64,000 nt of DNA from Paraspadella gotoi (Eukaryota; Animalia; Chaetognatha): positions 11,383,832 to 11,447,831 of the forward strand of contig CM119264.1 of assembly GCA_051294375.1 (NCBI GenBank), given 5' to 3'. Below are positions 38,220 to 53,431 of this stretch, one piece after another; within the stretch, counting starts at the first letter, position 1, and each line of letters starts with the position of its first letter. The notes under the pieces are model-generated. The model saw nothing but the letters and a program-made list of their open reading frames with translations, ran no database searches and had not been told where the DNA came from. A program made the position numbers and the translations under genes.

Positions 38220-39912
38220 CGTGAATATAAAGGTTAGGGAAGAATCGAGATAAAAAAAAAAAGAATTCGAGTAACTTTAGATCAAGTAAAAAGAGACGAA
38301 TAAAATTTTAAATGAAGCACTAATGGAAAAATTAAACTTGAGAGTTCAGAAGTATTGGAAATAGAGATCTTAATAATGACATAAAAAGGAGGAGCAAATA
38401 ATCGATTGAAACCCGAGAATGATGTGCGAAAGGAAATCGTTATCTCAAAAAAAATGTTAACAACGGAAGCAAAGCTTATGGAGAATGTCTTCGAAAATTA
38501 AAAAAAAATTATCATCATCAATTCGGTAAGAAAATGTAAAAATGGCCATTGAATAATTTAAATAAATAAAAGGAAATAATCAACAAAAGGGAATAGAAAG
38601 GAAATGAGTTATAGCAAGAAAATGCGGGAAAGTCAAGAATAATCTTACCAATAGGAAAGGTTAAGAAATAGTCCTCATCAATATTTAGAAAAAGAACGAG
38701 TTATGGCGACTATTAGTGGTAGAAACGGCCACTAAATTCTTATCTTAAAAATACTTATCTTAAAAAGAAGAAGGAAAAGGCAAAAGAAAAGGAAAGAGAA
38801 AAGTTATCGTCAAAAAAAAAGGGTAGAAAATAGTTACAATAAAAGGGAAAAAAAAGGAAAAGGAATAGTTATCCTCGGACAAAAAAAAAGGAAGAAGATC
38901 CCGACGAAAGAATCGAGTCGGAGAAAACGGAGGGAGGGCAAAGGGAGAGTCGCTCTTCGGTCGAATCCTTTCAGGATTTTATGGCCGATCTTAAAATAAT
39001 TTTCCCGCTCACGTCCCTTTTTATTCCTTCGCATATCTCCCCACCCACCCACCCACCTCTCTCGCCTCCACCCACCCTACCCTCATCAGATCCTCCCACA
39101 TTTCCCCCCGATTTCACCCGGGGGCGCAAATGTCCCGCTAACGCGCGAATCTCCGCTTTTTATCGCCCCATTTGCGAAAACAGTCGCGAGTCGACGGCGT
39201 GGGATTCAATTACATCCGCCGAGATTCGATTACGTCCGCGGGGATCGCCTATTACATACGGGTGTCGTGGAAAATATAAAAAAAAAAAAATCCGGATTTT
39301 TGTTTTTTTTAATCTGAGTCGTTCGGCGGAGAAAATAAAAAAAATAAGAAAACCGGAAACGGTGAGAGTTGAGTTTTCGTTGTTGTCATTGTCGGCGGGT
39401 CATAAAAAGAGCAGAAAAGAAGTTGGCACGACTCAAGTCAATAAGCTTAAATCCTCTCTAGAAAAAAAAAAAGGAATCAAATATCGTTAAAGAAATAAAT
39501 ATAAAAATATAAATAAACAGAAGATAAAAAAAATGAATAGACGCTTCACTTCTGTCACTTCACATCACTGGACTTTAGTCGCTCTACCTCAGTCTTCAGA
39601 CTGAAGTCAACTCGAGTCAATTATCTCCTGTTGACTTTATCGAGTTGATATATTATTAAAAATGTTGTCATCTCTGTAGATTAGCCTCACTCACTCATTT
39701 ACTATGTATGTCTGTATGTCTGTCAGACTCTCTCTCTCTCTCTCTCTACCTCTCTCTCTCTCTCCCTCTCTTTCTCTTTTCCCCTTTCCCTTCTCTCTCA
39801 TCTTAATTAGCTTCTTCGTCATTAATTTCCTTTTACGTTTGGTCATTCAGTCATAATCACAATAAGAATCGATTTTCTATTCCCCTCAACGAAGAACGGT
39901 CAATGAATTCTT

Positions 39913-40018
<106 letters not shown>

Positions 40019-40867
40019 CTTATATTTTTGCATAATTCCATTGTTTTTCGATCTCGCGTTTCTCCTACAGACGAGAGATTCTCGCTTCGCTTTGCAACTT
40101 CTTTGTTTTTTCCCTCTTTTTTTCTCACATCAGTTGCCCCTCACGCGTTTATTTTTTTTTCATACTTTATTCACATCACTCGTTTCTTCTCTCACCGCCT
40201 TGTGAACCTCTCTCAACAACCCTCACAATCCGCTCTTCCTCTATTCTTTTCCTCAGCCACCATTTTTTTCTTATTTTTTGGCGTCGGTGAAATATCGCCT
40301 CCCAGCGCCCGCCTTATCTGCGGGAAAGGGAGCGAGGTCCCGTAACCTCTTCGCGTAACGGGCGAGGTCTCGAATTCCTTGTTACGGCCTCGGTCGTCCT
40401 CTTAACTTACCTTTTGAGGACGAAGGGAAGTGATGAATTGTTTCTCCTCCTCTGATCGAAAGAGAGTCGCCCCTTTTGAATTTTTTTTCACCGTCGCCTT
40501 CGGGTCTCAGTCAAATTTTGTTCCAAGTTTAGGTTTCCAAACGTTTGCAGAAATTCTCAAAACCTATGTTTTATGGCTTTTGGTAATGTTTGGCTTGCAG
40601 ACCTGGGAGAGTCAAAACAAAAACTCATTCGAAGAAGACGGTATTTAGCTTCGTATTACTAAAAATGTTGGATCCTCGAGATGTTTAGGGCCTAAAAACT
40701 TGTTCTTAATCGGTGTTAACTATCGTGATACGTACATACGATCTTTTTTTGAAATCGTGAAACGTAATTGTCTCTCCGATTCGATTATCAAATCAAGATA
40801 GGCTCAGAGCCAAACGATTGGAAACCGAAGATAAACGAATTAGCATCATCGTTATTAGATTCAAACC

Positions 40868-40981
<114 letters not shown>

Positions 40982-41341
40982 TTTAGTATTCTAGTCGAAG
41001 CTTTCCTTTCCTTCCCTCTCCCTTCTGTTTTGAGTCGGACGAAGAAATTCTATTAACTCCCGCGGTTTCCGGCAGAGGTCCGTCTTGGCATCGAGTTACC
41101 AAGGAAACCACGCAAACAAATAAACAAACATTTCGACTTTTTGACCTCGGCCGGGGTCAAAAACGCCGAGGATCCGACGAGGGAGGAGGAGGAAAAAACT
41201 CGGCGAGGATGTGAGGATGAGGAAAAGAAAGAAAGAAAAAAAAGAAAGAGAAAAGAAGAAAATAGGGAGGACGACGACATCGAAAAAGAAGACGACAGGT
41301 ATAAAAACATCATAGATAAAGGTTATATCATTCGTGCTAAG

Positions 41342-44243
41342 TCTCTCTCTCTCTCTTTCTGTCTCTTTCTCTTTCTCTCATTCTCTCTCTATTTCTTTCT
41401 TCTCTTCCCTCTCTTCTCTCTCTCTCTCTCTTCTCTTCGTCACTCCCCTCTTTCTCTGTTCGTACGCCTGCGTCAGAACTCTCTCCGTCCTTTCTTCGTC
41501 CTCGCACGCGTCCGAGGCGCGTGCCTGAGAAAAGGCCCGCGACGCGACTCGTCGACGCGGTCCAGGGCATTCGCGGCGCCCAACGTCAACTCGTCACGCC
41601 AATCTCCACTCGACGCCGGAGCGGCGACCCTCGCCGACTCGCGATTATCTGACGCCGCGCAAACTGATCGCCGCGGCGCGTTTTTAGATCGGCGACCCTC
41701 AAACGTGGCCGAGATTTTTTTTCGATTGTTTGTTTTGAATCAGTTTTTTTTTTTTTTTTTCAAATGCGTTGACGCCATCGTTATCAATGAAGATTATTGC
41801 AGCTCTTCCTGATCATATTAAAAAAATTTTCAATAGAAATAAAATTATTTCTGTTGTCAATTGACTCTCTCGCCTTTTTATAGTAAACGCGCCAATCATA
41901 CGCCGACGCGCTCTTTTACTGCCGACGCGCCAATCTCGAGCCGACGCGCGCTTTTATTGCCAGCGCGCGAATATCGAGCCGATTCGTGCTTTATCCGTCG
42001 GCACGCTCTTTTTTTTTTCCTCACGTGCCCCCTTTGTAAACCAAGGAGCATCTCTCTCGCTACGTCGAAGCAAGAAAAAAATAATAAAAAATTTTATGTG
42101 ATAATCTTTTTATTTACGCCGCGAGTACTCGCGGAGCAACTCTATAAGTCACTTTTCGGTCGATCTGACGGTCGGTCGGTCGGTCAGTCTGTCTATCTGT
42201 CGGTCGGTATGTCAGTCCATCGGTCTGATATTAAAAATGCATATAATTCGCCTATAGTTGGTTGCTCATTTGTAAAGACAGGAAAAAACCTCAAATCTAA
42301 GAGACTGCTCGCGCCGCCTTCAGGAAATCCTAAAACCATAAGGAATAAAAGACATAATTTTAATGCAGTACATGTCATAAATGCAAGGGCTAAGAAAGTT
42401 TTTTAGTCATGTCATGTCATGTCTTATAATGTGATCAAAAAGAAAATACTCGTAAAAATAAAGTCACTGTGACGCAACACATTGGAATCACCGTTCTTTT
42501 CATAATTGTTTTCCTTCCTTCGTAATTAAACCCATAATGATCTTCTTTCTCTTATTTTTACTTTGAGTTTCCCCTTCGACTCTCCATCGTCCACTTTTTT
42601 TTCATTTTATTAAACTTATTCATTTAATCCTCTTCGCTTGTACAACCACAACATCACAGATAAAAAAAAAACGACGTCAACATCAACCGGCGCCTCCTGT
42701 AAACAAATGATTCCTCCGGCGCCGCGAAATGACGCCGCGATCCGGCGCTCAAAAAAAAAGAGGGGGAGATCATGGCGCTCATTAGCTTCGAGTTTGTTTT
42801 TTTTTCATCCTTCGAAACATTTTTTTCTCGCTTCATTCGTTTCCGTTCAAAAGGGAAAAAATAAGAGGCAACTAATTGGAGCGACAAAAAGACGGCGCTC
42901 GGAAAACAAAAAAGTCTATTTGTCCGTCTATCGATTCGTCTGTCTCTGTCTCTATTTCGCTCTCTCTCTCTCCCCCTGTCACTCCCATTCGCCCTCTCAA
43001 TCTTTCATTCCGCCCCCCCATCCTTATTCAACGCCTCTGGACTCAACAAAAACATCAAAAACATCGGAAAACAACAACACGGAAATTTCCTCGAGCGAAA
43101 ATCGACTTTTCCTTCCAACTTTACGAAGTCATTCTGTTTATTCCTTTTTCCTTTCCTCCCCTCCCGGCTTTTTTCTTTCCGCCCTCCTTCTGCTCTTTAG
43201 AACTATACTTTATGTTTTTCCTTGTTTACGTCGAGTTTATAGTTCGAGTTTTTTTTTTGTTTTTTTTTCTCTCATTTCGCGGTTTTTGTTCTCTTTACTA
43301 TATTTTCCTTTTTTTTCTCTCTCTCTCGTTTGTTTTTATACTTCGTGCTTTATCACATTTACTTTATAAAATAAAATCAGTACTTTTCGTCGATTTCGTC
43401 AATAATAATACTAAAAAAATTTTTTTTTCTCAATTTTCACGTGAATCGCTTTTTTTTCGTTTTTTATTTTTATTTTGTTTTTATTTCCACGCCGTCGATT
43501 CTGTGGCAGCCTCGTAATCGCAATAACATTGTAAGTAGAAATACAGAAATATCAACAAACAGATGCGAACCGGAAAATGTGGTTTGTCTCGCTTCACCGG
43601 AAAGGCTCCCCTTCTCCTTTGTCGCGAGGGTCGTTGGTCGATACCCAATACTAAATGGTCGTTGGTCATTTGTTGCCCGACTTCCCTTTAATCAGCTTCT
43701 TTGTCACCATGAATTTCTTAACGCGTCCATGATGTGGGCGAGAGGCTTTTTACTTCCTTTTTTGAAATGATGTTTGTGAGAAAATAAATATCAATCAAAG
43801 TTTTTTTTATTCATTTATTCGTTGGTTGAAATAGTTTGTTTGTGTTAGACTCATTGCGAAGAAATGGAAGAATGAGACGACCTCAAACGCTACATACTCT
43901 CTATTACTTTAACAATAACTATAACAACAACAAACGCCAAAACGTAAACAGCGCCACCAACGATGGCAACGAAAACGAGGCCGACTTTGGCGTGATATTT
44001 TCCTTCTCCCTCCGAAGCCGAGAAAAAGTGAGAGAGAGAGAGAGAGAGAGAGGGAGCAGGGATCGGGAGAGGAGAGAGGGGAGGGGGAAGGGAGAGAGAG
44101 AGAGAGGAGAGAGGAGAGCGAGAGAGGAGGTGAGAGGGAGGAGGAGAGAGAGAGGAGAGAGAGGCAGAGAAGAGAGAGAGGAGATGAGAGAGGAGAGGAG
44201 AGGAGAAGAGAGGAGAGAGAACGAAGCAGAGAGAGTGAGAGAG

Positions 44244-44318
<75 letters not shown>

Positions 44319-45383
44319 CGACGCCGGAGAACTCAATTTGTTACGATGCTCCTCGAAACTCGAGACGTCGGGTCGAAGATCGAAAGAACGCCACGCCCCC
44401 CTTCGCACTTCCGGTTTAGAGACTTTGGGTGTCAGATCGGCCCTCTTTGCACTTTAGGTCCTGAGAAATTGTGTGACAATTTTTGTGCTGACTCAGGGAA
44501 TGTTTAATAACATTTTTTACCTTCTATACTTAGATAATCATATTTAATCTAAATCTATAAAAAAAAAAATCCTTGACAATTGTTAAGATTGACTCAAGAT
44601 TATCAAGAAGCCCTGCGATGTTAACATTCGCGCTTTCCATCTAAACGTTGAACTAAATCAAAAAAGACGTCTGTCCATTCGCTGTCAGATTAGCGGCCGT
44701 TAGAAGCGCCGAAGGTCTCGGCGCTGAGTAAGCATGGGAGATGCCGATTCATGGTGAGAGAACGTTGGGTGACGAAGGCGGCATGAGAAGAGTCTTCAGC
44801 TTCGTCTTAAAATAACTCACTTCTTCTTCTCACTTCTCACTCCCAAGTTTTCATTCCAGATATAACTGTGAACGTAATTTACTGCATTATTGTATCTTAG
44901 AAACATTTTGTAGTTAGTGAACAAGGATTTTGGGCAAGGAAAAGAAAAGTTAGAAGTTTCTTTTTTAATTCAAGAATAAACAACATCATTATGTAAGATG
45001 TCAATAAAAATGGGAAAAATAAATTAAACTACAAATTACACGAAAGAGTTCTCGGCCTTTTTATCCGATCTCAATGTTCTACACAACGAGCTAACATTTT
45101 CAACGCAGATTTACTATGAGAACTCGTCTCCTTGACGACGCCTCTACGCCACAATCCTGCCACGGCGCCTCCACTTACGGGTAAATCGACGTCACGACGC
45201 CGCTCTGAGCTGGAGAGATAAGCGGCGTTACTCGCGAAGACGCCGCCGCGAATCCATTTTAAGCAAATGGGCGTGCCCAGTCTTCTCTCCAGCAAACGTA
45301 AATAACCAGGAGTCTCTTCTCTCAAGACTCTTCCTCTCTGAGAGATTGGAAGGATCAGAGGGAGAGTAAAAGCGAGGAGAAAC
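41342..45383. repeat. Left arm of ~4 kb palindrome
   Basis: Reverse complement of ~45504..49652, e.g. AAGACTCTTCCTCTCTGAGAGAT vs ATCTCTCAGAGAGGAAGAGTTTT; the centre is a ~120-bp CT tract. Confidence 0.95.
41887..41982 (+). repeat. 38-bp degenerate tandem repeat, ~2.5 units
   Basis: ACGCGCCAATC....GCCGACGCGC.CTTTTA.TGCC occurs at 41887 and 41925, with a partial third unit. Confidence 0.7.
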
Positions 45384-45436
45384 TCTCTCTCTTCTCTCTC
45401 ATCTCTCTCGTCTCCTCAGCTCTCTCTCTCTCTCTC

Positions 45437-45485
<49 letters not shown>

Positions 45486-45503
45486 CTTCTCTCTCTCTCT
45501 CTC

Positions 45504-48500
45504 ACGTCGTTTTCTTTCCTTCTCCTCGTTTTAACTCTCCCTCTGATTCCTTCCAGATCTCTCAGAGAGGAAGAGTTTTGAAGAAGAGACTCCTGGGTTA
45601 TTACGTTTGCTGGAGAGAAGACTGGGCACGCCCATTTGTCTTAAAATGGAATTCGGCCGCGCGGGCGGGCGTGCCTTCGCGAGTTAACGCCCCTATATCT
45701 CTCCAGCGCAGAGCGGCGTCGCGTGACGTTCTCGATTTACCCGTAAGTGGAGGCGCCCGGGTTGCAAGGATTGTGGCCGTAGAGGCCGTCCGTCAAGGGA
45801 CGAGTTCTCATTAGTAAATCTGCGTTGAAATGTTAGCTCGTTGTGTAGAACTAAATTGAGATCGGATAACAAAGGCCGAGAGCTCTTTCGGTGTAATTAT
45901 GTAGTTTAATTTATTTTTCCATTTTATTTGACTCTTAACATATGGATGTTGTTTATTCCTTGATTAAAAACGAAAACTTATCTAAACTTTTTCTTTCCTG
46001 CCCAAAATCCTTGGTTCACTAACTCCAAAAATGTTTCTAAGATAACAATAATGCAAGTTGAATTACGCTCACAAGTTATATATCTGGAATGAAAACTGGG
46101 AGTGAGAAGTGAGAAGAAGAAGTGAGTTATTTTAGAACGAAAGCTGAAGACTCTTCTCATGCCGCCTCGTTCACCCCACGTTCTCCTCACCAATGATCGG
46201 CATCTCCCATGCTTACTCAGCGCGAACCTCGGCGCTCTAAACGCGCTTAATCTGACAGCAGAATTGGACAGGACGTCTTTTTTGATTTAGTTCGGAACGT
46301 TAGATGAAGCGCGAATGTTAACATCGCAGGGCGCTCTTTGATAATCATGAGTCCATCTAGACTTCCAATTTTTTTTGATTTAGATAAATATGATTATTAA
46401 GGTATAGAACGGTTAAAAATGTTACTTCTAAACAATCCCTGAGTCAGCACAATAAAATTTAACACAATTTCTCAGACCTAAAGTTGCAAATAGAGGCCGA
46501 TCTGACACCCAAAGTCTCTAAACCGGAAGTGGCGGGCGGGGTTTCGATCGACCCGCCCCGACTTAGTTTGGGAGCTCGAACAAATGGTCTCCGGCGTCGA
46601 CTCTTTCCCTTCTCTCTGATCTTTCCTCTCATCTCCATCCGTTCTCGAGCTTCTCTCACTCATCCTCGCTCTAACATGAGCCTCTCCCCTCGCTCTCTCT
46701 CTCTCTCTCTCGTCTCCTCTCTCTCCTCCTTCCTCCACTCCTCTCCCTCCCTCTCTCCTCTCTCTCTCTCCGCTTCCCCCTTTTCGATCCTGCTCTCTCT
46801 CTCTCTCTTCAACTCGGCCTTCGCGGAGGGGGAGCGGAAGAGAAAATAATTCCACCGGCCAAAGTCCGGCCTCAGTCCGTTGGCCATCCGTTGGTTTGGC
46901 GCTGTTACGTTGGCGTTTGTTTTGTTGTTATTGTTAAAGTAATAGAGATCATGTAGCGTTTGAGGTCGTTCTATTCTTCCATTTTCTTCCGCAATGAGTC
47001 TAAACACAAACAAATATTTCAACCAACGAATAAATGAATAAAAAAAACTGATGATATTTATTATTTCACAAACAATCATTTCAAAAAAAGGAAAGTAAAA
47101 AGCCTCTCCGCCCACATCATGGACCGCGTTTAAGAAATTCATGTCTATAATGAATCGTGATATTAAAGGGAAGTCGGGCACAAATGACCGCAACGGACCA
47201 TTTATGTATTGGGTATCGACCACGGACCCTCGCGACAAAGGAGAAGGGAGCCTTTCCGTTGAATGAGACAATCCCACAATTTCTGGTTCGCATCTGTTTT
47301 GTTGATATTTGTATTTCTATCTATCAATGTATTGCCGATTTATAGAGGTTGCACAGAATCGACGGTCGTGGAAATAAAAACAAAATTAAATAATAAAAAA
47401 CGAAAAAAAAAGCGCGATTTCAACTGTGAAAATTGAGGAAAAAGAAAAATTTTTTTTTAGTTATTATATGACGAAATCCTACGAAAATACTTGATTTTAT
47501 TTTTATAAAGTAAATGTGATAAAGCCACGAAGTATAAAAACAAACGAGAGAGAGAGACGAAAAAAAGGAAAAGAATATAGTAAAGAGAACAAAAACCGCG
47601 GCAAATGAGAGAAAAAAAAAAACAAACAAAAAAACTCGAACTATAAACTCGACGTAAACAAGGAAAAAACATAAAGTATAGGTTTCTAAAGAGTCAAAGG
47701 AGGCGGAAAGAAAACAGAAAGCCGGGATGGGGGAGGAAAGGAAGAAAAAGGGAATAAACAGACATGAAATATTCTAAGTTGGGAAAGGTAAATTTCGGGA
47801 TTTTCGCTCGAGGAATTTTCCTGTTGTTGTTTTCCGATGTTTTTGTATGCTTTTTGTTGAGTCCAGAGGCCGTGAAAAAGGATGGGGGGGGCGGAATGAA
47901 AGATTGAGAGGCGCGAAATGGGAGTGACAGGGGGAGAGAAAGAGAGCGAAATAGAGGGACAGAGACAGACGAATCGATAGACGGACAAAATAGACTTTTT
48001 TGTTTTCCGAGCGCCAGTCTTTTTGTCGCTCCAATTAGTTGCCTTTTTTGTTCCCTTTTTGAACGGAAACGAATGAAGCGAGAAAAAAATGTTTTCGAAG
48101 GATTGGAAAAAAAAACACAAACTCGAAGCTAATTGAGCCGCCATGATATCTCACCCTACTTTTTTTTTTGATGCGCCGGATCGCGGCGGTCATTTCGCGG
48201 CCCGGAAGGAAGAATCATTTGTTTACAGGAGGGCGCGGTTGATGTTGACGTCGTTTTTTTTTATCTGTGATGTTGTGGTTGTTAACAAGCGAAGAAGGGA
48301 TATAAAATGAATAAGTTTAATAAAATGAAAAAGAAAAAAAGTGGACGAATGGAGAGAGTCGAAGGGAAACTCAAAGTAAAATAAGAGAACGGAGATCATT
48401 ATGGTTTAATACGAAGGAAGGGAAAAACATTTATGAAAAAGAACGGTGGATTCCAATGTGCTTGCGCACAGTTGACTTTATTTTTACGAGTATTTTCTTT

Positions 48501-49615
48501 TGATCACATTATAAGACATGAGCTGACATGGACTCTAAAAACTTTCTTATCCCTTGGCATTTATACACTGTACTGCATTTAAAATTATATGTTTTTATTC
48601 CTTATGGTTTTAGGATTTCCTGAAGGCGCGGCGCGAGATCTGTCTCTTTAGATTTGAGGGTTTTTCCTGTCCTTTTTACAAATGAGCAACCAATATAGGT
48701 AATTCCTATGCATTTTTAATATCAGACGCGAATGGACTGACATACCGACCGAACGAATAGACCAGACTCTGACCGACGCGCGACCGTCAGACTCGACCGC
48801 AAAAGGACATATAGAGTTGCTCGCGCGAGTACTCGCGGCCGCCGCGTAAATAAAAAGGATTATAGCATTAATTTTTTTATTATTTTATTATTTTTTTCTT
48901 GCTTCGACGTAGCGAGAGAGATGCTCCTTGGTTTACAAAGGGGGCACGTTGAGGGAAAAAAAAAAGAGCGTGCCGACGGATAAAGCAACGAATCGGCTCG
49001 TAATTCGCGCGCTGGCAATAAAAGCGCGCGTCGGCGGTCGAGATTGTGGCGCTGTCGGCCAGTAAAAGAGCTAGCGTCGGCGTAATGATTGGCGCGGTTT
49101 ACTATAAAAAGGCCGAGAGAGGTCAATTTGACAACAAGAAATAAATTTTTATTTCTATTGAAATTTTTTTAATATGATCAGGAAGAGCTTGGCAATAATC
49201 TTCTTGATAAGTTGGCGTCAACGCCATTTGAAAAAAAAAAAAAAAACTGATTCCAAAACAAACAATCGAAAAAAATCTCGGCCACTGTTTGAGGGTCGCC
49301 GATCTAAAAAACGCCGCCGCGGCGATGCAAGTTTGCGCGGCGTCAGAGATAATCGCGAGTCGGCTGAGGGTCGGCCCGCTGCCGCGATCGAGTGGAGATT
49401 GGCGCGTGACGAGTTGACTTGGGCTCCCGCGGAATGCCCTGGACCGGTCGACGAGTCGCGTCGCGGGCCTTTTCCTCAGGCACGCGCCTCGGACGCGTGC
49501 GAGGAGCGAAGAAAGGACGAGAGACGAGTTTTGAACGCCGCGCGCGCGAGAGAGGGGAGTATGAAGAGAGAGAGCGAGAGAGAGAAGAGAGAGAGAGAGA
49601 GAGACGAGAGAGAGC

Positions 49616-49652
<37 letters not shown>
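45504..49652. repeat. Right arm of ~4 kb palindrome, indel-rich relative to the left arm, ends at a 25-N gap
   Basis: Collinear reverse complement of the left arm with a visibly higher density of small insertions and deletions than the other duplicate pairs. Confidence 0.95.
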
Positions 49653-50721
49653 NNNNNNNNNNNNNNNNNNNNNNNNNAGAAAGAGAAAGGCAACGGCAAA
49701 GAAGATTTAGTAGAAAAGAGAGATGGCAAATGCGAAAAGGGAAAGAGAAGAGGTGAAAGTTATTTAAAGTAGAAAGATCTAAAGGAATGGCGGTTAGACT
49801 TAAAGAAAGAAGAGTAGCGAATTCTTACCGTATTGAAACAGAGAGAAGAAAAGGAAAAAGGAGCTACTTTACTCAGAAGGCAAAAGAAAAGTGAAAATAA
49901 AAATGGAGAGCTTAAGTATAGTCTTGAAAAAATTCTTCGAAGCGAAATGAAAAAAGCGTAAGATTGAGGTGCAATCACGTTGTTATCTGGATACGAAGAG
50001 ACGAGTAAAATTGAAAAGAAAAGTGATGAAAAGATGGATGGAGGAAAGATGAGGGAAACAACGAATAGACTTTTGCGAAAGTAGCTCGTGCAGGGAGAGA
50101 AAACCCGAAAAAGACGACGATTGGGTGATTGAAGTTGGTAAAACGTATTGTCCACAGGGAAAGGCAGGTTGAAAGCATCGAGAGAGAAAAAGGCAATTGT
50201 CGAGATGGCGGAAAGCAATTGGCGAAGGCAAACGTCGAATTGGGAGAAAACCTCATGAAAAAGACCCATCGAAAAAAGCCATTGCGGAGAGAGATGCGCA
50301 ATAGAGTGGTGATTGTCAAAAGAAAATATTCAGGAAGGCTTCCAGGGGGAAACGGGACGGTTATAAGATAAAGGAAATATCTCGGGGTAAAAAAAATCTT
50401 GGACAAAGGCGTAGGTGAGATATGGAGAACTGGGAGGGAAAAAAGGGATGGTTTAAGATGATCTATTGCCAAAGACGAAAAATGAAAAAAAAGGAAAAAA
50501 GCGATTATCGAAAAAAAAAGGTGGGAAAACCAATTCTTGATGTTTGTCGAACGAGGCGACGGGCGGAGTCGATCGCCAAGTTTGAAAACCTGGACCCACA
50601 AACGAGAAGACAAGAAAAAAGGGGAGAGGCCCGAGCCAATTGTCGAGAAAAAGAAGAGCGAGAGAAAAAGCTATTGGCAAAAGGTGATTGTCGGGAAAAG
50701 GGAAGGACAGGAAGCGAGGAG

Positions 50722-50829
<108 letters not shown>

Positions 50830-50845
50830 AAGAGAGAGAGAGAGA

Positions 50846-50887
<42 letters not shown>

Positions 50888-50893
50888 AGAGAT

Positions 50894-50951
<58 letters not shown>

Positions 50952-51004
50952 AGAGAGAGGAGAGGAGAGAGAGAAAGAGAAGAGAGGAGAGAGACAAGAG
51001 GACA

Positions 51005-51122
<118 letters not shown>

Positions 51123-51426
51123 AAGCCACGCCGGAAGCGATGGAGACGGAAACGTAAAAACGCAATCATCGTTGACGTCGAAGGAGAACGACGAAAGACG
51201 CGAAAACTGGAGATCGAGCGAGATGACGCGGGTCGCACATATCGCCACGCCTCTCCGCCCCCCAACCTCGATTCTCCGCCCTCTACCTTCCTGGTATTTC
51301 TTTTTCGAATCTTCGACGGCCTCCAGGTGAAGACCGGCTATTTGGCCTTTGCCAAAGTGGGGGCAGTCGAAGAGAGAGTGAGAGATCGAGGGAGAGAGAG
51401 ATCGAGAGAGAGAGAGAGAAGAGAGA

Positions 51427-51491
<65 letters not shown>

Positions 51492-51495
<4 letters not shown>

Positions 51496-51820
51496 ACATT
51501 AGGAGGGAGATTTCCGACGCAAATGCGGACGTCATTGAGAAAATCCCAGGAACGGCGAAAAAAGCTTTTTTTTTCGGTTTAGGCCCGAGGATTACGTATA
51601 AATATACCGGCGGTCGTTGATGGCACCTTCAGTTGGCCGGAACCGATGATGGCACCGTTCGATGCCGGCGACGGCGTTTTCCGGCGTCGCTGATGGTCGC
51701 CTAGCAAACGATTCCCCTCTGTTGTGGCCGATCACTACTCTTTTTAACGCAACGGGAACCTTTTGAAAAATGACGCCGACTTTTGTTGACGCTCGTCATA
51801 ACATAATCATACCGTTAAGT

Positions 51821-51852
<32 letters not shown>

Positions 51853-52132
51853 TCTCTTCTCTCTCTTCTCTCTCTCTCTCTCTCTTCCTCTCTCTCTCTC
51901 CATTTCTTATGTACATTGAAGGAAATCTTTTACTATTATAAACGAACGTATAATGTTAAAAACAAACAGCCAAGTACGTACATTAATCACTGGCAACTCT
52001 GTTAGTGATTACCGTCTTTTTCATTTATACAAAGAAGTAAATACATAATATTTACTATACGTATACTCTGATTGGAAAATGTATTTTATTCACATTTATT
52101 CAATTTATAATTAAATCAACTTAATAAAAATA

Positions 52133-52224
<92 letters not shown>

Positions 52225-52965
52225 ACTCTTCAACTCTACTCTCCTCTTGTACCCTCTCCCGATCGCCCCTCTCCCTTCTCTCCATCACCCAGGGGATTTA
52301 TTTGATTAATTTTGTCGTAAACAATCCCCGAAGAGATTTTCTCTCCCTCTTTTTTTTCTCCTCCTCTTGCGCTTTGTTGTTTTTCTTCGCGATATATCTC
52401 TTATGTCTGGCCCTTTGTTCTACGCCGTCGTCTTCGTCGCCAATTTCCCTTTATAATTTGTCTTGTCAATCTCTTTCCCTCTCTGTTTTGCCCGTAACGA
52501 GTTTCGACCCTCTATTTCTCTTCTTTTCCCGACAATTGCTCTTTTTTTTTTCTGGATTCAACTGCCAATTTGTATTTTGTCATTTTTAGATGCGTCGTCG
52601 CGTCCTTTTAATAAACTTATTTAATTGAAGGATTATTTTTTCGGTTTGTACGTTTATCATCTTTAAATAAAACGTTGGACAATATTATTTCAACTCCATA
52701 ATTAAAGAATTTTAATGATGGGAAGTAATAATTGCGGACTCATCATTGTGAAATTCGACTTTCGTTTCCCGTTTCCTTTTTTAAATCTGGCTCTAGTTTG
52801 TACGTTCGCTCGTTTGTTCGTATATATAATCGTTTTTTGCCGCCGATTTCGTTTTAAGTCCGTCGCTTCGGAACCTTTGTTCATTTATCTTCTTAGTGTT
52901 GTTGTTTAGCAGTCTATTACCCATCGTGAGCCGTCTCCCTTCCGCTAATGCAGTGAGTCTCCTCT

Positions 52966-53009
<44 letters not shown>

Positions 53010-53400
53010 CCATGGGGTTGGTCGCAATCGNNNNNNNNNNNNNNNNNNNNNNNNNGGAGAAGAGAGAGTCGACATTAGGGAGGGAGATTTCCGACGCAAA
53101 TGCGGACGTCATTGAGAAAATCCCAGGAACGGCGAAAAAAGCTTTTTTTTTCGGTTTAGGCCCGAGGATTACGTATAAATATACCGGCGTCGTCGTTGAT
53201 GGCACCTTCAGTTGCCGGAACCGATGATGGCACCGTTCGATGCCGGCGACGGCGTTTTCCGGCGTCGCTGATGGTCGCCTAGCAAACGATTCCCCTCTGT
53301 TGTGGCCGATCACCTCCTTTTTACGCAGAACGGGAACCTTTTGAAAAATGACGCCGCTTTTGTTGACGCTCGTCAAACATAATCATAACAGTTAAGCTCT

Positions 53401-53431
<31 letters not shown>

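Noticed and set aside
49760-50613. Hydrophobic minus-strand ORFs as a PIG/ALG-type membrane enzyme
   Set aside because: Hydrophobicity follows from strand pyrimidine bias; no convincing family motif or splice structure.
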